NCBI GenBank assembly: GCA_047974855.1
Contig: JBKECT010000033.1
Span: forward strand, 744-64,743
Origin: Anaerorhabdus sp.
GTDB lineage: Bacteria; Bacillota_I; Bacilli_A; Erysipelotrichales; Erysipelotrichaceae
Reading direction: 5' to 3'
Length of the DNA stretch: 64,000 nucleotides
Shown here: positions 18,342 through 24,737 of the stretch, piece after piece
Layout: every line of letters starts with the position of its first letter
Position numbering within the stretch: position 1 is the stretch's first letter
The notes under the pieces: generated by a model
What the model saw: only the letters and a program-made list of their open reading frames with translations
What the model was told of the DNA's origin: nothing
Databases searched by the model: none
Program-made: the position numbers and the translations under genes

Positions 18342-19211
18342 TCATTCATAGTGTAATATTAAATCATGACCTCCTGGTAGTCCCATATTATTGCTGATTC
18401 CAGAACAACTATATCCAACAGCGTGATTTGAATTTAATAATTCATTACCTTTATTTGTGCAAATATCTCCACTTCCTTCTCCTAAAAAACGCTCATACAC
18501 TTCATTACCTTTAGGTCTTATAATAGCATCACATGGTAAGTTCTTGTCATAAACAGCGTTCGGACAAGCATAAGCAGTTTCACTTCCTGAAGATCCACCT
18601 TCTGGGGCAACTTGCCACGAAGAGCCTGAGTTATTAGACCCTGTGCTTCCACTTCCTGAATTTCCAACATTTGGATTGGCGACCGTTACAAACGTAAAGT
18701 CATAAAACGCCTCATATCCATTCTCATCCACTACATAATACTGAAGTGGATATCTTCCAACTTTCTTACTATTCCAATCACCTAAAACTTCTACTTCTAA
18801 TTCATTTCCTAAATAATCAGTTGCGGTAATTTTTTCAAAGCTATAACTCGTTCCTGCAATTACTGTAAACTCTTGCGCAGCACCATTTATTGTAGGATTC
18901 ATATTAACTACATTAACTTTTACTAATCTTTCAATCTTGTCATCTTCATAAGTAACAGTCCATATCGCATCGATAGTTCCTTCTACACTTGTATCAATAT
19001 CTGGATAATGCAACTCTCCATTAAACGATCCTATAATACTGTGCGGATCGAAATCTTGTCCTAGTGCTATCGTTATCTCCTCAGATACCAATTCGAGCTC
19101 TAAATTAAATTCTACAACAACTGGTGTAGGTGTTTGTTCAGTCTCAGTTGTACCTGATGAGCAACCTACAAGTACTAACACCATAAAACTTACTGTAAAT
19201 TTTTTCAACAT
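18342..19211 (-). CDS. Lipoprotein with Ig-like domains, a Ser/Gly linker and a Cys-rich C-terminal domain
   Basis: Lipobox LVGCSS. Paralogous to CDS 21892..22791. Confidence 0.7.
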   Translation of the reverse strand: MLKKFTVSFMVLVLVGCSSGTTETEQTPTPVVVEFNLELELVSEEITIALGQDFDPHSIIGSFNGELHYPDIDTSVEGTIDAIWTVTYEDDKIERLVKVNVVNMNPTINGAAQEFTVIAGTSYSFEKITATDYLGNELEVEVLGDWNSKKVGRYPLQYYVVDENGYEAFYDFTFVTVANPNVGNSGSGSTGSNNSGSSWQVAPEGGSSGSETAYACPNAVYDKNLPCDAIIRPKGNEVYERFLGEGSGDICTNKGNELLNSNHAVGYSCSGISNNMGLPGGHDLILHYE

Positions 19212-19253
19212 AATTTTCTCCTTTCCACCCTTGGGGCAAATTGCCCCAACTTC

Positions 19254-19415
19254 TTATTCTGCCTCATCCATTAACTTCTTTAGTTCTTTCTCAATCAATT
19301 TTAAACCATCTTCTGAATCTTCCTCAAGAATTTTTTCAAGTTGAGGTAATAGTAGAAAATCTTCATCCATTCCATAAACTTCTAGCAATTCTTTTGCCTT
19401 ATCTCTTAAACTCAT
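19254..19415 (-). CDS. Small acidic protein (53 aa), below the ORF-track size cutoff
   Basis: My translation: MSLRDKAKELLEVYGMDEDFLLLPQLEKILEEDSEDGLKLIEKELKKLMDEAE. A class B leader and AAAGGAG RBS lie upstream. Confidence 0.45.
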   Translation of the reverse strand: MSLRDKAKELLEVYGMDEDFLLLPQLEKILEEDSEDGLKLIEKELKKLMDEAE

Positions 19416-19474
19416 AGCTCTATTCTCCTTTCTACCCTTGGGGCAAATTGCCCCAAATTAATATTTTGTATCCT

Positions 19475-19963
19475 CTAATTCATCTGTCCAACTTTATTCT
19501 TTAGTTCTTCATTTTCTTTCTTGAGATCAGAAATTGTCTTGCTTTGATTTTGTATTTCTGATTCCAAGTTATTAATCGCACCCAAAACCTGATCTAATTC
19601 AGATGGTTGCTGTTGTAATTCTTGAACACCATCATTCACATTTTCATCGAACTCGGATAATGAATTTTCTTCATTAGCATACTCATTCACTCCAAATAGA
19701 TTTTCTACCCATCCTTTTATGAAACCAAGAAAAAGAAATGCTCCGCCAGAGACAGCCGTAAACATCGCTAAACCTTTCAAATAGCTAAGAAATGTCTCCC
19801 AATCGAAAGATCCCCAATTCAAAATCCAATCCGCTGCAAATGTCAAAATAAAATAACAAGCTCCTAAAGCAAATATTCCTCCACCAAAGTAAGTAAATAA
19901 ATAGAGAAGCCCTAACCCAATCGATATGATACCATTTAGAACTATATAAAGAAATCTCTTCAT
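19475..19963 (-). CDS. Membrane protein with a C-terminal coiled coil
   Basis: Start moved to MKRFLYIV with an AAGGAGG RBS. The longer track ORF reads through the palindrome leader. Confidence 0.6.
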   Translation of the reverse strand: MKRFLYIVLNGIISIGLGLLYLFTYFGGGIFALGACYFILTFAADWILNWGSFDWETFLSYLKGLAMFTAVSGGAFLFLGFIKGWVENLFGVNEYANEENSLSEFDENVNDGVQELQQQPSELDQVLGAINNLESEIQNQSKTISDLKKENEELKNKVGQMN

Positions 19964-20055
19964 TCTTCCTCCTTCGCGGGGCAAGTTGCCCCAGCTCTTA
20001 TTAATATTATACATTATACCTTATTTCGGATAAAATATATGTCAAAAATAATTAA

Positions 20056-20334
20056 CTACTTCTCCAATACAAGATTTTTTTCCAAACCGTCCTTCCATGA
20101 AAAATTTAATTTTTCATTTTGTTGCAATCCACTTACTATTCCTCTAACTGCCTTCACACCATCTCCTATCTCATTTTTCTTTAATATGAACTCATAATGA
20201 TCTTGGGTATCAATATTTTTTATATAGATTTCCACTTCTTTCACATTATCTAAAAAATTATCGAATACATGCATAGCACTAATCCGACAATTATCTGGCA
20301 TATTCTTTTCTAATCTTTCTTTAAATTTATTCAT
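20056..20334 (-). CDS. Hypothetical protein (92 aa)
   Basis: ORF track entry. Preceded by class A leader copy 3. Confidence 0.55.
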   Translation of the reverse strand: MNKFKERLEKNMPDNCRISAMHVFDNFLDNVKEVEIYIKNIDTQDHYEFILKKNEIGDGVKAVRGIVSGLQQNEKLNFSWKDGLEKNLVLEK

Positions 20335-20382
20335 TTTTTCTCCTCCTGCAGACTTGCTGCTTCCTTTGGGGCAAATTGCCCC
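20335..20382 (-). promoter_or_regulatory. Conserved leader, class A, copy 3
   Basis: Same core sequence. The central N of the palindrome is T on the minus strand. Confidence 0.8.
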
Positions 20383-20385
20383 AAA

Positions 20386-21090
20386 CTATTTTTTCTTTGC
20401 TATAACGATAAATCTTGAATTTTCTTCTGCTACATCACAAGTAACTAATGTAACTAATTTTGATGTATCATCAACATCAGCAGCACCATATTGAATAAAT
20501 GCTCTATCTAAAAATTCATTGATCATCTGTTCCATTTCTCCTGATCTAAACTCTTGTTGATAATAACCAAGCCATAAATTATTTTCCTGCGTTAAATCGA
20601 CTTCTGCAATTCCTATCATTTGATATTCTACTTCACCATCTTCACTGATGATCCTAAATGTTGAGTCACTATCTTCAACTAACTCAGCAATGAAAGAAAA
20701 CATATTGTCATTCTTCGATGAAGCATGACCTTGAATAATCACATTACTAGATAATAGATTGCTTGTTTCGTCAACAAACGGCGTGCCCATCGAATCATAA
20801 TCACCATAGATATCTGTCCTAAAATATGCTTCATTATTTCCTGGATTCATAATCGGCAACTGAAGATCCTTATAAGCGAATATTGCAACAATATCCTCAT
20901 TGATCCTTTGGTATTCTTCTAGGGTTTCAATAATTTCTTCATTTATCTCTGGGGCAACTTGCCCCGAATTATAAAGTATATTTGCTCCATCTAATCCATC
21001 TGGATGCATACTGTAAGTAACGATAACCGTTACTATAACAGTTAGAAAAATAATAACTATAAATATACCTATCACAATTTTTTTCAACAT
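20386..21090 (-). CDS. srtB: Sortase (class B-like)
   Basis: N-terminal TM segment, VIIQGHAS (His), LVTLVTCD (TLxTC Cys) and RFIVIAKK (Arg). Confidence 0.8.
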   Translation of the reverse strand: MLKKIVIGIFIVIIFLTVIVTVIVTYSMHPDGLDGANILYNSGQVAPEINEEIIETLEEYQRINEDIVAIFAYKDLQLPIMNPGNNEAYFRTDIYGDYDSMGTPFVDETSNLLSSNVIIQGHASSKNDNMFSFIAELVEDSDSTFRIISEDGEVEYQMIGIAEVDLTQENNLWLGYYQQEFRSGEMEQMINEFLDRAFIQYGAADVDDTSKLVTLVTCDVAEENSRFIVIAKKK

Positions 21091-21138
21091 AACTTACTCC
21101 TTTCCACTCTTTGGGGCAAGTTGCCCCAAAGAAAAAGA

Positions 21139-21657
21139 TTATAGTTCTTCACTATAATCTAGCTCAATCATTAAATCATTATAAATCTTCTGAACATCAT
21201 TGAATATAAGCCTGCTATATCCATTAAAAACAAGCTTTTGTACTTCCTTTGCATTTTTTATGATATCTTTTTCATCAATTTTAGATACCCTGACTTCTAT
21301 CTCTACATCCTTCTCCATATAAATACAATCAATATATCTACTTGTAATTGGAAACATATTTTGAATAAGAAAAGCTCTTTTCTGTCCTAGTACTTCACTA
21401 AATCGAATTGTATTACATTTAGGATTTTTATTCCCCTTTTGTTTTTGTCTTAAAATTTTATGCTGAACAATACTCTCATACTTTTCAACTCGTGAAGAAA
21501 TTGGAACACACCAATATATATCTGAATTATTTTTATCTTGAAAAGCATAAAAACAAGGTCTCTTATTTCCATTACCTTTATTTTTCATTAGACTTCCATC
21601 CAAATCATATTTTATAAAGAACTCTTCCCTAATAAAGAAGAAAACGCCTTTATCCAT
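21139..21657 (-). CDS. Second type III TA toxin candidate (ToxN-superfamily, CptN-like)
   Basis: RPCFYAF...IYWCVPISSR echoes the FYAPISS motif of the first toxin. Architecture is repeats, hairpin with T-run, RBS, gene. Confidence 0.6.
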   Translation of the reverse strand: MDKGVFFFIREEFFIKYDLDGSLMKNKGNGNKRPCFYAFQDKNNSDIYWCVPISSRVEKYESIVQHKILRQKQKGNKNPKCNTIRFSEVLGQKRAFLIQNMFPITSRYIDCIYMEKDVEIEVRVSKIDEKDIIKNAKEVQKLVFNGYSRLIFNDVQKIYNDLMIELDYSEEL

Positions 21658-21677
21658 TTGTAATTATCCTCCCTTAT

Positions 21678-21715
21678 AAAAAAGTAGGAGCCCCGTGTTT
21701 ACCAAAGTTCCTACT
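21678..21715 (-). terminator. Weak hairpin plus T-run between the repeats and the toxin gene
   Basis: Minus strand reads AGTAGGA-N19-TCCTACT followed by TTTTT, then the GGGAGG RBS. Confidence 0.35.
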
Positions 21716-21718
21716 AAT

Positions 21719-21825
21719 CATTTGTACCCGATTATTTATTTTAACTCCGCTATCGGGAAGCGGAGATACATTTGTACCCGATTATTTATTTTAGCTCCGC
21801 TATCGGGAAGCGGAGATACATTTGA
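21719..21825 (-). ncRNA. Candidate type III antitoxin RNA: 2.1 tandem 50-nt repeats
   Basis: Units at 21719-21768 and 21769-21818 differ at 1 position. Each carries the hairpin CTCCGC-N9-GCGGAG. A partial third unit follows. Confidence 0.65.
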
Positions 21826-21891
21826 GGGACTATTCCCTTACCAAAAGTATATGTGTATGCCAACGATTTGTCAATAAAATTCATATGCAAA

Positions 21892-22791
21892 TTATTCTAC
21901 AACTTCAACAACACAGCTTGCTGACTGTCCATCGTCTGTATAGTAATTAACCGTATATCTACCTGGAACTGACAAATTCACTGCAGAATAGTCTACACTT
22001 ATCGCAGCACTTGCATTCACACCACTAGAGAGTTTAAAAGAAAGATCTCCTAGCGAACTATTTACTTTAATCGTTATATTTTTTACGCCACTTAGAAATG
22101 GACTGTTATTCTCTGGGACAACTTGCCCCGAGGATCCCGAGCTGTTAGACCCTGTACTCCCACTTCCTGAAGAACCACTCTCTGGGGCAACTTGCCCCGA
22201 AGAGTTTGAGTTATTATTTGTTGCTGGTGTAGTGACAATTACCTCAACAATCTCTTTCTCTTTCTCAACAACTTTGATTGTAGTGCTTTTTTCAAGCTTA
22301 TTTCCTGATGTGTCAAATACTTGAATAAAGATGCTATAATTTCCAACTTCTTCTAAATTTACATCACCTAAGATCTTTATTTCGACTTCAGAAAAATTAT
22401 CTTCAGCAGCTATTTCGTTAACTAAATTAAAATACAAATTTCCAACTTCTACTTTATACTCGCTTTTGATATCAGCATTTGGTGCTGTTGTATCCGTGAT
22501 TTCAACTTCTGTATAGATCTTCTTTCCATTAACACTGTATTCAACTTCAAATACACCTAGAGCACTATATTCAGCATCTGAGCAAATTATTTTTACATCA
22601 TCTAGAAGAATGTTTCTATTTTCGATTTGAGTTTCTTCAATACTAATCCCATTCACCGATTCAATAAAACCACATGCATCAATAAATGTATTAATCTCAA
22701 CAACTTCTTTGAATACAACATCTACTGACGATTTTTGGCATCCTGTCAAAATAAATAAAGATACTATTAAACTCGCTATAAATTTTTTCAT
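21892..22791 (-). CDS. Lipoprotein with Ig-like domains and a Ser/Gly linker
   Basis: Lipobox LTGCQK. The linker carries two palindrome copies. Confidence 0.7.
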   Translation of the reverse strand: MKKFIASLIVSLFILTGCQKSSVDVVFKEVVEINTFIDACGFIESVNGISIEETQIENRNILLDDVKIICSDAEYSALGVFEVEYSVNGKKIYTEVEITDTTAPNADIKSEYKVEVGNLYFNLVNEIAAEDNFSEVEIKILGDVNLEEVGNYSIFIQVFDTSGNKLEKSTTIKVVEKEKEIVEVIVTTPATNNNSNSSGQVAPESGSSGSGSTGSNSSGSSGQVVPENNSPFLSGVKNITIKVNSSLGDLSFKLSSGVNASAAISVDYSAVNLSVPGRYTVNYYTDDGQSASCVVEVVE

Positions 22792-22795
22792 TTAA

Positions 22796-23533
22796 TCACC
22801 CATTTCCACTGTTTGGGGCAAGTTGCCCCAAGCGGTCAATAATATCATCAATATCTTCTTCTATTAATGTGTAATCTGCAATCTCAACATCTTCCGTTGA
22901 GATTAAAAACTTTTTGAATGCCTTTATTTTCTTTGAAAAAGTGTCTGCCGGCGATACTTTTGTTTTTTCTGGGGCAACTTGCCCAGAAGTACTTTTATTC
23001 TCTTCCGCCAGAATATTTTTCGTTGTTCCATCACTAATACCTGTCAAAGCACAAATCCACTCTCGCTGTCTGCCAGGCGGCTTTTCGCCACGTTCTACAA
23101 GTTCTTGATATAACTGACTAGCTTCTTTAACGATTTCAAGTCTTTGCTCTGTTGTGAATTGTCTGTATGAATTACTTCTCATAAGAGAAATTTTATCTAA
23201 AATTATATCTCCTGACAGAGCAATTTTGATCGATGGAACTTCACCATCTAGATGCCTGCCTAGAAAATAAACTTCTTTCCCCAGACTAAATAGTTGCCGT
23301 AAAGCAGCAACTCTTCGGTGACCTGTATGAATTAATACTTGCCCATCTTCTTCAGTAATCAAAATCGGTTGCATCAAACCACCCTCAGCAATGCTCTCCG
23401 CAAGTTCATCTATATCAGTTATTTCATAGATATTTTTTTCGTTGGATTTCAAATCTTCTATACTTATGTATTTAATTTTTGCACTTGTATTTTTAAATGA
23501 CTCATTATTGAGCATATCATTCAATATATTCAT
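22796..23533 (-). CDS. ParB/Srx-domain protein (ParB-like partition or regulatory protein)
   Basis: PILITEEDGQVLIHTGHRRVAAL is the ParB N-terminal GxxR box. Start overlaps the parA stop (TAATG). Confidence 0.7.
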   Translation of the reverse strand: MNILNDMLNNESFKNTSAKIKYISIEDLKSNEKNIYEITDIDELAESIAEGGLMQPILITEEDGQVLIHTGHRRVAALRQLFSLGKEVYFLGRHLDGEVPSIKIALSGDIILDKISLMRSNSYRQFTTEQRLEIVKEASQLYQELVERGEKPPGRQREWICALTGISDGTTKNILAEENKSTSGQVAPEKTKVSPADTFSKKIKAFKKFLISTEDVEIADYTLIEEDIDDIIDRLGQLAPNSGNG

Positions 23534-24333
23534 TATACACTAACCTCCTTTCTACCCCTGGGGCAATTTACCCCAAACATCTCTTCTACTAACAATCGAT
23601 AATCTTCTCCTACATTTGCTTTGATATTATTTATAACTGGTAGTTGTGTATATCCTGCTTCTGTAATTGGTTTAGATTGATTTCTTATTTGAGTATTTAG
23701 TAATTTCCCTGGGGCAATTTGCCCCAAGTCCTCAATAAGAGCTTTATCCAAGTTGTTTCTATTTTTCATCGTCACTAAGATCTGGTAATCAACATCCATA
23801 TCATACTTCTCGTTCATATCTTCAATAAAGCTAATTGTAGTAACAAATCCATCTGTTGCTCCTTTATCTATTTTAATTGGAATAAGTATATTCCCTTGCC
23901 TATTCTTACAAGCGTATATTGCATTTGTTGTCATGATACCTAGTGAAGGATTGCAATCCACAATAATAAGATCATACTTTTCTTTCACTTCCTGGATAAT
24001 CTTTAACAGGCGGTTGTGTTGGGCTTTTCTAACATCAATCAATATCGATGTTTCAATCACAAACAAATCTAATCTACTCGGTAATAAATCAAATCCATGA
24101 GGTGTTTTTATAATTGCCTCTTTTGTCATTGTAGGATCGATTAAACAATCTACCACTGTCATTTCATCTTTAGAATATGAATGATCCATCAACATTGCAG
24201 TAGAATTTGCTTGTCCATCCAAATCCACCAACAATACCCTCTTTCCTTTTTTAGCTGCACCAGCAGCTAGATTTATGCTCGTTGTTGTTTTTCCAACACC
24301 GCCCTTAATATTCAATACGCTAATTACTTTCAT
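23533..24333 (-). CDS. parA: ParA/Soj-family ATPase
   Basis: MKVISVLNIKGGVGKTTT is the deviant Walker A. Start moved from 24432 to 24333, with a GGAGGAG RBS in the leader. Confidence 0.85.
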   Translation of the reverse strand: MKVISVLNIKGGVGKTTTSINLAAGAAKKGKRVLLVDLDGQANSTAMLMDHSYSKDEMTVVDCLIDPTMTKEAIIKTPHGFDLLPSRLDLFVIETSILIDVRKAQHNRLLKIIQEVKEKYDLIIVDCNPSLGIMTTNAIYACKNRQGNILIPIKIDKGATDGFVTTISFIEDMNEKYDMDVDYQILVTMKNRNNLDKALIEDLGQIAPGKLLNTQIRNQSKPITEAGYTQLPVINNIKANVGEDYRLLVEEMFGVNCPRGRKEVSV

Positions 24334-24380
24334 TTTTCTCCTCCTGCAGACTTGCTGCTTCCTTTGGGGCAAATTGCCCC
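24334..24380 (-). promoter_or_regulatory. Conserved leader, class A, copy 4
   Basis: Same 44-nt core immediately upstream of the parA ATG. Confidence 0.8.
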
Positions 24381-24383
24381 AAA

Positions 24384-24444
24384 ACTGCATTATGCAGTAT
24401 TCAAAGCAGAAAAATTCTGCTCTCAATACCACATAATGTGGTAT
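24384..24444. promoter_or_regulatory. Three consecutive short palindromes upstream of the parA leader
   Basis: ACTGCAT-T-ATGCAGT at 24384-24398, AGCAGAA-AAA-TTCTGCT at 24405-24421, and ATACCACA-TAA-TGTGGTAT at 24426-24444. Confidence 0.45.
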
Positions 24445-24737
24445 TATCTCATCAACTGCATGCCTGCCATAGGTTTAACCTCTCCCCTTTTCTTTCGTGT
24501 AGGAAGCTCAACGTATTGAAGTCTCATTATCACAAAGAACATCATCGCAAATACAGTTCGCATCTATACCTTGTTAGCCATGCTTTATCGCAAGCGAGCA
24601 ATCTAACTGGGCTCTTTTCTTTGTGTTTCGTAATTGATAAGTTATTTAATTTTCAAAGATCATAAAATTCTATATAGCTAACATGCTTTCGCATGGAAAG
24701 CCCATAAGGGTATCTTTGGGGCAAGTTGCCCCAGAAT

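Larger units (their letters stand above)
15242..24732. repeat. Dispersed palindrome family GGGGCAA-N-TTGCCCC (18 copies in this span)
   Basis: Perfect 15-mers start at 15242, 15791, 16792, 19233, 19440, 19978, 20368, 20951, 21113, 22184, 22815, 23711, 24366 and 24718. One-mismatch copies start at 18604, 22125, 22971 and 23560. No copy was seen by eye outside 6161-24732. Confidence 0.9.

Noticed and set aside
16792-23725. GQVAPE as a protein-level sorting or cleavage motif for the neighbouring sortase
   Set aside because: The motif also occurs in the cytoplasmic ParA and ParB-like proteins. The same nucleotides recur in untranslated leaders, so a nucleic-acid-level explanation fits better.
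23533-24432. Long N-terminal extensions in track ORFs (23533..24432, 19475..20014, 5439..5936, 40127..41479, 45112..46233, 52800..53696)
   Set aside because: The extensions read through conserved leaders or operators (giving WGNLPQ-type peptides) and lack an RBS. Internal ATGs with good RBSs give canonical N-termini (Walker A, lipobox, etc.).
24438-24665. 75-aa plus-strand ORF in the parA-upstream spacer
   Set aside because: It is antisense to the entire gene train, lacks an RBS and has a His/Ser/Leu-rich composition. The region is treated as non-coding (see the corresponding finding).
15242-24732. Could the recurring palindromes be a CRISPR array?
   Set aside because: Spacing is irregular (59 to ~1800 bp). 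The intervening DNA is ordinary coding sequence. The repeat is only 15 nt, and no cas genes are present.
15242-24732. Palindromes as simple Rho-independent terminators
   Set aside because: Only the 6161 copy is followed by a T-run. The others are followed by AAAGG or AAGGG and a ribosome-binding site, or lie inside ORFs.
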